A stretch of DNA of 64,000 bases, from contig OZ024765.1 in the NCBI GenBank assembly GCA_964016885.1, forward strand, positions 1,426,001 through 1,490,000, read 5' to 3'. The notes below the pieces were generated by a model. That model saw only the letters and a list, made by a program, of their open reading frames with translations, was not told the DNA's origin and did not search any database. Below are positions 14,149 through 26,640 of this stretch, piece by piece. Both the position numbers and the translations under genes were made by a program. The DNA is from Eledone cirrhosa. Lineage: Eukaryota. How positions within the stretch are numbered: the first letter of the stretch is position 1; the number at the start of each line of letters is the position of its first letter.

Positions 14149-14682
14149 CTACAACAACAACAACCACCACAACAACATAAGACATCTGTGAACAACAACA
14201 ACAACAACAACAACAGCAGCAGTCTGCAATCTCACCTCCGCCACCTTACATGCCATACCACTCGCAAACCAACCCTGCTTGTGTAAGAACCTTTGTTAAG
14301 TTATGTTCCAAACACCAGGTTAATAAGGCTTTCTCCTACCTAAATTGTTGATCTCGTGCCTAGCCAAGGTTAACTTTGCCTTTCATCCTTAAGAGGTTAA
14401 TAAAATAAAGTACCAGTAATGCACTGGTGTTGATTTAATTAACTTTCCCTTTCTCTTCAAATTGTTGGTCTTGTGCCGAGCTGAGGTTAACTTCGCCTTC
14501 CATACTTAAAGGGTTAATAAAAGTACCAGAAATTAAAGTACCAGAAATGAACTGGAGTCGACTTTCCCCATCTCTCCTCAAGTTGTTGGCCTTGTGCCTA
14601 ATTAAAAAACCATGAATTTGGCTAGTAAAGTTTACTGGGACGTGAGGGATATACAACTGCTATTTCTAAGAGAGGGACTTAC

Positions 14683-14839
14683 CTGTCCATGTGTGTACTT
14701 CTGGATAGCTATCTTGGCAATCATATATGTCCAGAGAATGTGAAGAATTTGTAATATAAACAAGAGACTTGCGAACACAAGGAATGACGGAAATGGTGCC
14801 ACATGGTCATGTATTTCGAAATAGACCGAATGGAGAACC
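14683..14839 (-). CDS. CERS: Ceramide synthase exon H: VLHSVYFEIHDHVAPFPSFLVFASLLFILQILHILWTYMIAKIAIQKYTHGQ
   Basis: ttccag acceptor, gtaagt donor; 157 nt; TG+G=Trp across the junction; LL..LQ.LH..W.Y.I.K. Confidence 0.95.
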
Positions 14840-14970
14840 CTGGAAAGAGACAAGGAGTTAGTACAAGGAGTTATGGATACAGTGTGCGAATACACCTGTT
14901 ATTTTTATCTAAATACAATTTTTCCAATCCAACCCGCCCGTCCCTTCAATCTTTCTAATTTTTCATTCTT

Positions 14971-15006
14971 TCTTCTGATGAAGGACTAGCGTCTGAAACG
15001 TCAAGA
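14971..15006 (+). ncRNA. Minimal type-I hammerhead (family F1)
   Basis: tctt-CTGATGA-a-ggac tagc gtct-GAAA-cg-TC^-aaga; ACGT palindromic stem III as in Penelope-like minimal/dimeric HHRs. Confidence 0.8.
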
Positions 15007-15090
15007 CCCTCTTCCTGCTATATCAAGCATTAACCTAATATATCCCTTCCATATACTGTACCGACTGTGTTGTTATTTCTGTTTACCTTT

Positions 15091-15127
<37 letters not shown>

Positions 15128-15156
15128 GTAATTCCAAATTTGTGTTCACTTTCTAA

Positions 15157-15187
<31 letters not shown>

Positions 15188-15782
15188 TAAATATATATAT
15201 AGATATGTACACATACATATACACATCTATACAGACATGCATATATATATATATACATATATATTACACACATTTCTTTACACTTAAGTTTCTTTTACAA
15301 GGGAGATAACTTACATTTTTCAAGAATTTCTTAATGCGGTGTCTTGCGGTACAGGACGTTCATAGTTATATCTTTTTGTCAAAATTCAAATGTAGGGGAA
15401 AGGTGTATGAGAAACCTTCCTTGTTTTCTTTTATCTCCAGAAACCTAGCACCAAGTTTTGGTTGGCTGGTCTCATTTGTGGCAATCTGGAAAGGGGTCCA
15501 GGCCAGCTAAGGTTCCTTTTGGTTGGTTAGTCTTGTTTGCAGTTGTCTGGAAATGTGACCAGCCAGATCTGATGATCAGCTCCTTTCTTCTGCCAGGAGT
15601 TGTGACTGACAGATAGTATCAGTAATGGAAAGACCAACGGAAACATTGTTTCCTTGGTCTGATCTGACAAGTCACACCCCACTCAGTAAGTGAATAAAAT
15701 GTAGGTTCTTGTTCATTAATTCCTTATTCCTTATATGGGCAAACAAATAAACAAACAGACAAAACATGGAGACCATACTCAC

Positions 15783-15889
15783 CAAAACGGATAAATTCCA
15801 AGCCGAGAAATAACCCAAAGAAGTGCAAATATACCAAAGAAAATCTCACAGAGAGTCTGTTTTTTACAGTATTTCGCCATTTTGGCACC
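15783..15889 (-). CDS. CERS: Ceramide synthase exon G: GAKMAKYCKKQTLCEIFFGIFALLWVISRLGIYPF(W)
   Basis: caccag acceptor, gtgagt donor; 107 nt; AKM..Y....C...F..FA.....RL..P.W. Confidence 0.95.
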
Positions 15890-16029
15890 CTGGTGGAATA
15901 GAATGGATAAAGAAATAAATAGAAGTTATTCCTGGAATGGAGATAAACTAAGGGGTGGGGGTAATACTGATATGGCTTCTAGAATCTCAGTGGTGCATGT
16001 GTTTGTATTGGCAACATGACCCTACCAAA

Positions 16030-16905
16030 GTACAACACCCACAAAATCATCAACACCACCACCACACCAACACCAAAAACACCACCAACACGAACGTGAA
16101 CACAACTAACACCACAAACAACAACATCAACAACACAACTAACATCGACACCATTAACACCACCAACAACCACAAACACCACAAACACCAACAACCAAGA
16201 ACCAACAACCACAAACACCAACAACCACAAACACCAACAACCACAACCACCAACAACCACCAACAACCACAACCACCAACAACCACCAACAACCACAACC
16301 ACCAACAACCACCAACAACCACAACCACCAACAACCACCAACAACAACAACCACCAACAACCACAAACACCAACAACCACAAACAACCACCAACAACCAC
16401 AACCACCAACAACCACCAACAACCACAACCACAAACAACCACCAACAACCACAACCACCAACAACCACCAACAACCACAACCACAAACAACCACCAACAA
16501 CCACAACCACCAACAACCACAACCACCAACAACCACCAACAACCACAACCACCAACAACCACAACCACCACCAACAACCACCAACAACCACCACCAACCA
16601 CCACCACCAACCACCAACAACCACAACCACCAACAACCACAACCACCAACAACCACCAACAACCACCACAACCACCAACAAACACCAACAACCACCAACA
16701 ACCACAACCACCAACAACCACCAACAACCACAACCACCAACAACCACAACCACCAACAAACACCAACAACCAACAACCACAAACACCACCAATACCACAA
16801 CAAAACCAACACCCACACCACAACAAACACCAACACTACGACCAACAACTACAAAACCACCAACACCCACAAACCCACCACCACCACCAACAACAACAAC
16901 AAAAG
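16030..16905. repeat. (CAA/CCA)n compound trinucleotide repeat; similar (CAC/CAT)n at about 19100-19550
   Basis: Direct reading. Confidence 0.9.
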
Positions 16906-16933
16906 CAAATGTAAGTCAAAATGTGCAACTCAC

Positions 16934-17062
16934 CGACAACGAGGGATCGACTATATCATGGACTATCATTGTGAGAGACCCAATACGCACAAAATTTAAC
17001 AACCACGACATATACAGTAGAATGATTGTAGCTACATGGTGGACTATCATAACTTTTAAGTC
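16934..17062 (-). CDS. CERS: Ceramide synthase exon F (Lag1p motif, catalytic HH): DLKVMIVHHVATIILLYMSWLLNFVRIGSLTMIVHDIVDPSLS
   Basis: ttgcag acceptor, gtgagt donor; 129 nt; RKD..M..HH.AT...S...N..R.G.L...HD..D. Confidence 0.96.
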
Positions 17063-17150
17063 CTGCAAATAATACAAGATGAAAAATACAGATTTAGATT
17101 TTCTATTAAGGATGAAAGGAAAAGGAAAAGCTAAACCTAGTGGAATTTAA

Positions 17151-17971
17151 CCCTTTAACATTTACATTACTCCATATTTAATATTGTATTTTTGTGGTAA
17201 AGGCTTTATCTCATAACATTTACATTACTCTATATATACTATTGTATTTTCACAGTAAAGGTTTTACCTCATAATATCTCACATAACATTTACATTATTC
17301 TATATATACTATTGTATTTTCACAGTAAAGGCTTTACCTCACATAATATCTCACATAACATTTACATTACTCTATATATACTATTGTATTTTCACAGTAA
17401 AGGTTTTACCTCATAATATCTCACATAACATTTACATTACTCTATATATACTATTGTATTTTCACAGTAAAGGCTTTACCTCACATAATATCTCACATAA
17501 CATTTACATTACTCTATATATACTATTGTATTTTCACAGTAAAGGCTTTACCTCACATAATATCTCACATAACATTTACATTACTCTATATATACTATTG
17601 TATTTTCACAGTAAAGGCTTTACCTCACATAATATCTCACACAACATTTACATTACTCTATATATACTATTGTATTTTCACAGTAAAGGTTTTACCTCAT
17701 AATATCTCACATAACATTTACATTACTCTATATATACTATTGTATTTTCACAGTAAAGGCTTTACCTCACATAACATTTACATTACTCTATATATACTAT
17801 TGTACTTTTGTGGTAAAGGCTTTATCTCACATAATATCGAACCTATGGGATTTTGATATTTATTTTGAGAACAATACTTTAACATAAGTATGAGCAGCTG
17901 GTTATGGCCGATTTGAACAGAAAGAGGTGAGAGAATTCTGGCCAGATACAGCCGGTTTAAATGCTAAAGGG
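17151..17971. mobile_element. piggyBac-like MITE carrying a 72-bp minisatellite
   Basis: TTAA|CCCTTTAACATTT...AAATGCTAAAGGG|TTAA termini. Confidence 0.7.
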
Positions 17972-18559
17972 TTAAACTTATTCTTTTTAACACTAATACA
18001 AAGCTAACAATTTCATGGGTAGGGGAAAGTAGTATAAAATCAACCCCAGTTTTTTACTGGTACTTTATTTTCTATTGAAGAACAAAGCTAACCATAGCAG
18101 AGTCAACCTCAGCAAGGACTAAGCTCAATCTTTCTACCATTATCTATCTACCATATTTTCTATTGATCCCAGAAGGTTGAAAAACAAAGCTGACCTTAAC
18201 AAGGTTAGAACTCAATCTTTCTACCACAAGGTCAACAAATTTGTAGGGGAGGGGTAAGATGATTATTTCAACCCTAGTTTTTTACTGGTACCATATTTTA
18301 TCGACCCCAGAAGAATGAAAGTTAAAGCTGACCGTAGCAGAGTTTGAACTCAATCTTTCTATCACAAACCCAACTATTTCGTAGAGGGAGGAAAGTTGAA
18401 TAAAATCAACCCCAGTTTTTTACTGGTACCTTATTTTCTATTGACCCCAGAAGGATGAAAGGTAAAGCTGATTTTAGCAGAGTTTAAACTCAGTTTTTCT
18501 ACCACAAAACCAACAAATTTGTAGGGGAGGGAGTAAGATGGTTATTTCAACCCAGTTTT

Positions 18560-18888
18560 TTTACTTGTACCATTTTTTATCACCCACAATATTTTACTGG
18601 TACCATATTTTATCACCCCCAATATTTTACTCATACCATATTTTATCACCCCCAATATTTTACTGGTACCATATTTTATCACCCCCAATATTTTACTCAT
18701 ACCATATTTTATCACCCCCAATATTTTACTCATACCATATTTTATCACCCCCAATATTTTACTGGTACCATATTTTATCACCCCCAATATTTTACTGGTA
18801 CCATATTTTATCACCTCCAATATTTTACTCATACCATATTTTATCGACCCCAATATTTTACTGGTACCATATTTTATTGACCCCAGAA
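18560..18888. repeat. 33-bp minisatellite (about 10 copies) derived from the Meta-like SINE domain
   Basis: ccatattttatcacccccaatattttactggta units. Confidence 0.85.
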
Positions 18889-18943
18889 GCTGACCTCAGT
18901 TTACGTAAACAATACAAAGAATGCAAGGTTAAGGTGAACTTAC

Positions 18944-19036
18944 TTTTCTTTTAATGTCCATTAATAGACTCATGATTAGGCTTCCATAAAAGGCTAATTC
19001 AAAGAGATAATAGTAGTAGAGATCTGCACCAACATT
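18944..19036 (-). CDS. CERS: Ceramide synthase exon E: NVGADLYYYYLFELAFYGSLIMSLLMDIKRK
   Basis: ttccag acceptor, gtaagt donor; 93 nt; CerS YYxxELxFYxSL....DIKRK. Confidence 0.95.
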
Positions 19037-19735
19037 CTGGAAATGGTAAAAAATGAGATGAGGAGTGGGTAGAGGTGAACATAGAGAACAAAAGCCAAAT
19101 ACATCATCATCACCATCACCATCACTACCACTATCATCAACACACCATCGTCACCATCACCATCATCATTATTATTATCATCAATATCAACCTCGTCACC
19201 AACACCATCACTACCACCACCATCACAACTATCACCACCACCACCACTACCACCACCATCACATCACCACCACCACCACCACAACTATCACCACCACCAC
19301 CACTACCACCACCATCACAACTATCACCACCACCACCACTACCACCACCATCACCACCACCACCACTACCATCACAACTATCACCACCACCAACACTATC
19401 ATCACCATCACAACTATCACCACCACCACCACTACCACCACCATCACATCACCACCACCACCACCACTACCACCACCATCACAACTATCACCACCACCAC
19501 CATCACAACTATCACCACCACCACCACAACAACTATCACCATCATCATCATTATTTACAGTATTACAGTAAAGACTAATATTTAATAGACTTTTCAAGAA
19601 TGTCTTGCTAATGTGGTTTCATGTGGTATGGGATGTTAGGAGTTAATTTACATTTAACGAGAATCAAGAGATATTGTTGGATGGTCGTGGTTGGAAGTGG
19701 CAAGGGGAGATAAATAAGTAAAATCTTTAAATTAC

Positions 19736-19786
19736 ATGATAGGGCCATCCTCTCCAACAGTCTGAAGTGTGCCATACCCAATGTTT
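19736..19786 (-). CDS. CERS: Ceramide synthase exon D: KHWVWHTSDCWRGWPYH
   Basis: ttcccag acceptor, gtaatt donor; 51 nt; CerS KxWxWxTxxCWxGxP. Confidence 0.93.
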
Positions 19787-19905
19787 CTGGGAAAAAAAAA
19801 TACAAAACACAAATGAAAAAATATACACAGACGTAGTATAATGGTGGTGCCCCAGCATGGCCTTAAAATGTTGGCTGGAACACAAAAGAGTAAAGACACA
19901 CAGAT

Positions 19906-19938
<33 letters not shown>

Positions 19939-20237
19939 GGCATTTTATTGTAGCACCAGCATTACCACTTTACAGAATACACCCAGTACACTCTGTAAAG
20001 TTCCTTGAACTCTGAAGGGACTTTTAGGTCCCGAAATAGTGGATAGAGAAAACAACAACAACAACAATAGCAACAAAAACAAAACAAAGATTACCAGGTA
20101 ACTTAAATTCCGTAACCTCATCTTAGTCCATTTTGCATTGTTTAGCCTCCTATCTCTTTCAATGTTATATATTATATACAATGCTTCAAGCAAACTATAT
20201 ATACATATATACATACATACATACATACATACATACA

Positions 20238-20452
20238 TCATCATCATCATCGTTTAACATCCATCTTCCAGGCTAGCATGGGTTAGACGGGAATTGTCCC
20301 ACTTGAGGCAAGATTGATCGGGTGACCGTGTCTCGCTCGTATAGGGCTACCTGGCAGGTTTTCTATGGCTGGATACCCTTCCTAACACCAACCACTTTAC
20401 AGTGTGGACTGGGAGCCTTTTACCATGTTACCTACACAACCACATTACAGTA
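20238..20452 (-). mobile_element. RTE 3'-UTR / SINE tail fragments; also at about 7045-7167, 38870-38925, 39317-39420, 45107-45217
   Basis: catcatcgtttaacRtccatcttcca...gcatgggtt shared with the RTE copies. Confidence 0.7.
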
Positions 20453-20483
20453 TGGACAAAAGATATATACTTTATATCATCTC

Positions 20484-20561
20484 TATTTCATTATATATAT
20501 TTCGAAGATGCAAAGTTTTATGTATAACATAAATCAAAACATGTCCTCTTCAGATAAAATA
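20484..20561 (-). ncRNA. Type-I hammerhead (F5-like, CUGAAGA core)
   Basis: Minus: tattttat-CTGAAGA-ggacatg...catcttc-GAAA-tatata-TA^-atgaaata. Confidence 0.65.
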
Positions 20562-20597
20562 CATACAAGATGTATAATTTTTCCATGATATGTTGGT

Positions 20598-20650
<53 letters not shown>

Positions 20651-20654
20651 AAAT

Positions 20655-21040
20655 AAAAATAAAATAAAATAGGGATGAATGGTTTCTCCTTCATTACATT
20701 TATTGGTTGGTGACGCGCGTTTCGCTATTGGTCAGCTCAGGGTTCGATCTGTATCGATCTAACCCAACTCTGTAATCCACGGCTTGTCAGACCATTGTAA
20801 GGGGTCTGACGAGCCGCGGATTAAGGATTAGGGTCAGATCGATACAGATCAAACCCCGAGCTGATCAATAGTGAAACGCGCGTCACCAACCAATAAATGT
20901 AATGAAGGGGTAACCACTCATCCCTGTTTTATTTTATTATATTACACTCTGTCTAGCTCTACACCTCGACACTGACGTGAACCTAAACATGGAGTGCTCA
21001 CCCGGGTGAACCTACAGTAACTCCACGTTCCACTCCCTCC
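20655..21040 (+). mobile_element. F9 HHR element with inverted 5' arm; other copies at about 5860-6130 and 8024-8190
   Basis: Homologous copies, inverted arms, (TA)n flanks. Confidence 0.7.
20803..20887 (+). ncRNA. Type-I hammerhead with extended domain II (family F9)
   Basis: ggt-CTGACGA-gc...gt-GAAA-cgcgcg-TC^-acc, then AATAAA; inverted arm at about 20709-20793 has CTGACAA; related copy at 6006-6094 has CCGACGA. Confidence 0.7.
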
Positions 21041-21226
21041 ATATATATATTAAAAAGAGGGGAACGTAGCAATGTTGGTTATGAATATCTAGAATATCAA
21101 CAATATGGCTGAACGATAGACATGTATGTTAAATGTAAAAAAAAACAAAAAAAAAAAAAACACACAAGACGCGAAGACGAGAGAGAGAAAGCAATGAAGT
21201 GAGTGTATATATGTATATATACTTAC

Positions 21227-21284
21227 ATCCCATAATATAATGATACCATATATACATGCTGAACTATAAAATAAAAGATGCCAA
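21227..21284 (-). CDS. CERS: Ceramide synthase exon C: WHLLFYSSACIYGIIILWD
   Basis: tttcag acceptor, gtaagt donor; 58 nt; phase matches exon B (AG+T=Ser); CerS WRFxFY...YG...LWD. Confidence 0.93.
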
Positions 21285-21639
21285 CTGAAAATAAAAAAAT
21301 AAAAAAATGATGGTAAAATGAGATATGGATAACAGGAAAGATATTAAAAAACTGATGAAATATGGGCAAAAAACAGAAAAGATATTTAAAAACTGATGAA
21401 ATATGGGCAAAAAAACAAAAGATATAAAAAAAACTGATGAAATATGGGCAAAAAAACAGAAAAGATATAAAAAAACTGATGAAATATGGGCAAAAAAACA
21501 AAAACAAAACAGAAAAGATATTAAAACTGATAAAATGGCATTAAAAACAGAAAAGAGGCATGAAAAACTGATGAAATATGAATAGAAACAGAAAAGAAAA
21601 AATGATGAGGTATGACTAAAGAGAGAAAAACTTAACATT

Positions 21640-23716
21640 ATACTGGGTGAGAGAGGTGGGTGAGAGATGTTAGAGAGGGGTGTGAGAGAGACAGGTGAGA
21701 GAGAGATGTTAGGTGGGTGAGAGAGAGGTGGGTGAGAGAGAAGTACATTAAAACTCACCTGCATTCTCTAAACTTTAACATTGTACTGGGTGAGAGAGAG
21801 ACAGATGAGAGAGAGATGCTAGAGGCAGGTGTGAGAGAGAGGCGAGAGACAGGTGTGAGAGAGAGAGAGGTGAGAGACAGGTGTGAGAGAGAGAGAGGTG
21901 AGAGACAGGTGTGAGAGAGAGAGAGGTGAGAGACAGGTGTGAGAGAGAGAGAGGTGAGAGACAGGTGTGAGAGAGAGAGATGCTAGAGACAGGTGTGAGA
22001 GAGGTGAGAGACAGGTGTGAGAGAGAGAGGTGGGTGAGAGAGAGAGAGGTGGGTGAGAGAGAGAGGTGAGAGAGAGAGGTGAGAGAGAGGTGAGAGACAG
22101 GTGTGAGAGAGAGAGGTGGGTGAGAGAGAGAGAGGTGGGTGAGAGAGAGAGGTGAGAGAGAGAGGTGAGAGAGAGAGGTGAGAGAGAGGTGAGAGACAGG
22201 TGTGAGAGAGAGGTGAGAGACAGGTGTGAGAGAGAGGTGAGAGACAGGTGTGAGAGAGAGAGGTGGGTGAGAGAGAGAGAGAGGTGAGACAGATGGGTGA
22301 GAGAGAGGAGGGTGAGAGAGAGGAGGGTGAGAGAGAGGAGGGTGAGAGAGAGGAGGGTGAGAGAGAGGAGGGTGAGAGAGAGGAGGGTGAGAGAGAGAGA
22401 GGTGAGAGACAGGTGTGAGAGAGAGAGGTGAGAGACAGGTGTGAGAGAGAGGTGCAAGAGAGAGAGAGGTGAAAGAGAGAGAGAGGTGAAAGAGAGAGAG
22501 AGGAGAGAGAGAGAAGTACGTTAAAACTCACCTGCATTCTCTAAACTTTAACATTGTACTGGGTGCGTCTTGTAGTCTCCGCATTCTCATCCATTTTTTT
22601 ATGTGTAGACTGTTCATGGATGTTTCTTTGATGAGATGCTGAGATAGAGAGAGAGAGAGAGACAGAGACATGAGAGAGGGGGAGAGAGACATTAGGGAAG
22701 GGGAGAGACAGGAGAGTGGGGGAGAGACAGGAGAGAGACAGGAGAGAGGGAAGGGGAGAGACAGGAGAGAGGGGGAAGAAAGAGACAGGAGAGAGGGGGA
22801 AGAAAGAGACAGGAGAGTGGGGGAAGAAAGAGACAGGAGAGTGGGGGAAAAGAGAGACAGGAGAGTGGGGGAAAAGAGAGACAGGAGAGTGGGGGAAGAA
22901 AGAGACAGGAGAGTGGGGGAAAAGAGAGACAGGAGAGTGGGGGAAAAGAGAGACAGGAGAGTGGGGGAAAAGAGAGACAGGAGAGTGGGGGAAAAGAGAG
23001 ACAGGAGAGTGGGGGAAAAGAGAGACAGGAGAGTGGGGGAAAAGAGAGACAGGAGAGACGGGGAGAGAGAGACAGGAGAGACGGGGAGAGAGAGACAGGA
23101 GAGGGGAGGAGAGAGAGGCAGGAGAGGGGAGGAGAGAGAGACAGGAGAGAGGAGAGAGATGAGAGAGACAGGAGAGGAGAGACAGGAGAGGGGAGGAGAG
23201 AGGAGAGAGACAGGAGAGGGGAGGAGAGAAGAGAGAGACAGGAGAGGGGGGAGAGAGAAGGAGAGGGGGGAGGAGAGAGAGGCAGGAGAGAGGAGGAGAG
23301 AGAGACAGGGGAGAGAGAGGAGGAGAGAGAGACAGGGGAGAGAGGCAGGAGAGAGGAGGAGAGAGAGACAGGAGAGAGAGACAGGAGAAAGAAGAGGAGA
23401 GAGAGACAGGAGAAAGAGACAGGAGAGAGACATGAGATAGAGAGAGAGAGATGGACATGAGAGAGAGAGACACATTAGAGAGAGGGGAGAGAGAAGGGGA
23501 GAGAGAGGGGAGAGAGAGAGGGGGGAGAGAGAGACAGGAATGAGAGAGAGAGAGAGAGAAATGAAAGAGAGAGAGAGACAGGAATGAGAGAGAGAGACAG
23601 GAATGAGAGAGAGAGAGAGAGACAGGAATGAGAGAGAGAGAGAGAGAAAGAGAGAGACAGGAAGGAGAGAGAGAGAGAGAGCCAGGAATGAGAGAGAGAG
23701 AAAGAGAGAGACAGGA

Positions 23717-23758
<42 letters not shown>

Positions 23759-23880
23759 GGAGAGAGAGACAGGAAGGAGAGAGAGAGAGAGACAGGAAGG
23801 AGAGAGATAGAGAGAGAGACAGGAAGGAGAGAGAGATAGAGAGAGAGACACACGAGAGAGAAGATAGAGAGAGATAGCGA
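21640..23880. repeat. GA-rich low-complexity / minisatellite tracts flanking CerS exon B
   Basis: Direct reading; includes a 24-bp gagacaggagagtgggggaaaaga array. Confidence 0.9.
22532..22638 (-). CDS. CERS: Ceramide synthase exon B (homeodomain helix 3): HLIKETSMNSLHIKKWMRMRRLQDAPSTMLKFREC(S)
   Basis: CT-rich tract + ag, gtgagt donor; 107 nt; matches CerS W(F)RxRRxQxxPSTxxKFxE. Confidence 0.93.
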
Positions 23881-23894
23881 GGAGAAAGATAGGC

Positions 23895-23939
23895 TTCTAC
23901 AGGACTAGAACTGTTTCCTTTGAAGGAAATCATCAGGAA
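23895..23939 (-). ncRNA. Type-I hammerhead (family F10)
   Basis: Minus: ttc-CTGATGA-tttccttcaaag-GAAA-cag...ctg-TA^-gaa; further copies at about 35411-35454 (stem I broken) and 59001-59105 (3' half, perfect palindrome). Confidence 0.62.
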
Positions 23940-24606
23940 CGTTGACTTGCATTGTAGCGCAGTGGTAGTTGTATGTTTTCTGGTGGGGTGGGGATGGTGG
24001 TGACTTTCAGGAGGGTCAGAGGCCATTGACTGAGGTCAGAGGCTGAGGTCAGAGGTCAGAGGCTGAGGGATCTTAAAGAACTGGGATTCTTTGAAAGAAC
24101 TATTTTTTAGAAATATATGCATTAATAGAATGACAGGGGTAGAAAGGAGGTTCAGATTCTCACTTAACCTTCAGCATGCTGCAGGTGACAAAATGCTCCA
24201 TATGAGTAATTTCCCCTCTAGAGATATTGCAGTGCCAAGGGAAACAACTCATAAAATTTACTAGCATGCTAAACGTTAAACATATATATATACACATACA
24301 TATACACATATATACATACATACATATATATACATACATACATATACATATATATATATACATACATACATAAATATATATATACATACATAAATATATA
24401 TTTACATACATACATACATATATATTTACATACATACATATATACATACATAAATACATATATATATACATACATACATACATATATACATACATACATA
24501 TATACATACATACATATATACATACATAAATATATATATACATATATACATACATACATATATACATACATACATATATACATACATAAATATATATATA
24601 CATACA

Positions 24607-24638
<32 letters not shown>

Positions 24639-24752
24639 CATACATACATACATATATACATACATATATATATACATACATATATATATACATACATATA
24701 TATATACATACATATATATATACATACATATATACATACATACATATATACA

Positions 24753-24788
<36 letters not shown>

Positions 24789-24952
24789 TACATACATACA
24801 TACATATATACATACATACATATATACATACATACATATATATATACATACATACATATATACATACATACATATATATATACATACATACATACATATA
24901 TATATATACATACATACATACATATATATATATACATACATACATACATATA

Positions 24953-24986
<34 letters not shown>

Positions 24987-25663
24987 CATACATACATACA
25001 TACATACACATACATATATATACACATATACATACATATATACATACATACACACACATACATACATACATATACACATACATACATACATATACACATA
25101 TATATATATATATATATACATACATACATACATACACACACACATATACACACATATATATATACACACACACACATATATATTTGTTTTGCAGGGTTCT
25201 TGGTATGAAATTGTGTGTTGAAACAAATGTTATATTTGGGGAGGTTCATATTGTTATGATATTGCCAAAAATATATAATAAAACACACTCAGTGTCTGGC
25301 TTGGATTGGTTTTCGCTTCTGTATATTTTATATCCCTATAGTTAATTTAGCTGGCAATCAATGTTTATCATTGATTCACTAACAGTTAAAAATATATATA
25401 TATATATAGTCTATCAAAGTTCTTTCATCACACACCTGTGACATCATCAGTGCTACTATTATGTTTCCTCCTGTTGTATTGTAATGTCTATATATATATA
25501 TATATATATTAAGTATTTCCGAAGAAAAAGCAAAAGAAAAAGAGTGCTCTATGTATAGAACAGAGCTATTTAATTAGAAAGTGAACAACACAAACTATAA
25601 CTACTCCATTACCTAAGGTTTCTGGACCCCAGACAATATTAATATATGTCTAGATCATTCGAA

Positions 25664-25702
<39 letters not shown>

Positions 25703-25705
<3 letters not shown>

Positions 25706-26397
25706 TCATCAACGTTTAACGTCCGTGTTCCATGCCTGCATGGGTTTGGACGGGGGTAGTCCCACTTGAGGCAAGAGTGATTGTCTTGCTCACATAGGAC
25801 TGTCTGGCAGGTTTTCTACAGTTGGATGCCCTTCCTAACACCAACCACATTTACAGTGTGGGTCTGGGAGGTTTTTACCGTGTTGCCTACACGGCCACAT
25901 TACAGCGTGGACTGTGTGTTTTTTTGTCGTGACACCTACACGATCTCATTTGTTTCGGCCTGGATGGCGCGGCACCAACATAACTTTACATAGAACGGGG
26001 TGGTGTGGATGGGGTGGGGGTGGTGGTGGTGGGACGGGGCGTATTTTGTTAGAGATGCCTACTGGCTGGAGTAGGTTTTACTATATATTTAGGTAAGGCG
26101 GGTCTTCTCTGTGACTGAGTACCGCCAAAGGTCTCGGTCCAGTGACATTGTCTTGGAGAGGTGTAAGTGTGTGATGTCGGAGTTTATCAGCTCGTCCCAG
26201 GTTTTTCTAGGTCTGCCTATTCCGTGACTACCGTCTATCTTTATTGCCCTGCACTTTGTTATACAGCTATCGACTTTCATGCGCATCACGTGTCCATACC
26301 AACGTAGCCTTCTCTCGAGTAAACAACATCTGATCCCTCTTATCTCTAATTTTTTCCTTAGTTCGTTTATGCTTTGCCGTTCACGTATATTACTGTT

Positions 26398-26400
<3 letters not shown>
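25703..26400 (-). mobile_element. 5'-truncated RTE-type LINE (ORF C-terminus plus 3' UTR ending in (GAT)n)
   Basis: RRLRWYGHVMRM...GRPRKTW...DRDLWR then stop; SINE-shared tail. Confidence 0.85.
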
Positions 26401-26437
<37 letters not shown>

Positions 26438-26476
26438 AAACGAAAAATCAGTGATGCATCTGGACTCAGTTTATTG

Positions 26477-26566
26477 TGTGTTACAATTGTTTCGCCGGCA
26501 GATAGCTTGAGACGCGATCATTGTGTGGATCTGTCTGATTCTAGAGCTGCAGGTTCTTCGGACACA
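26477..26566 (-). ncRNA. Type-I hammerhead, U4C core variant
   Basis: Minus: tgtgt-CCGAAGA-acctgcag...ctgccggc-GAAA-caattg-TA^-acaca, followed by AATAAA. Confidence 0.65.
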
Positions 26567-26640
26567 TACAATACCTTCGGAACAAATTTTCTCACTGGGG
26601 TGTTAGCTTCAAAGAACATCTTCCTCCCCCACGTATATAT

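Noticed and set aside
15955-16914. 319-aa Q/P/T/N-rich ORF (also ORFs at 55152-56975 and 22528-23853)
   Set aside because: Trinucleotide or GA-repeat translations; only the last 107 nt of the 22528 ORF region is a real exon.
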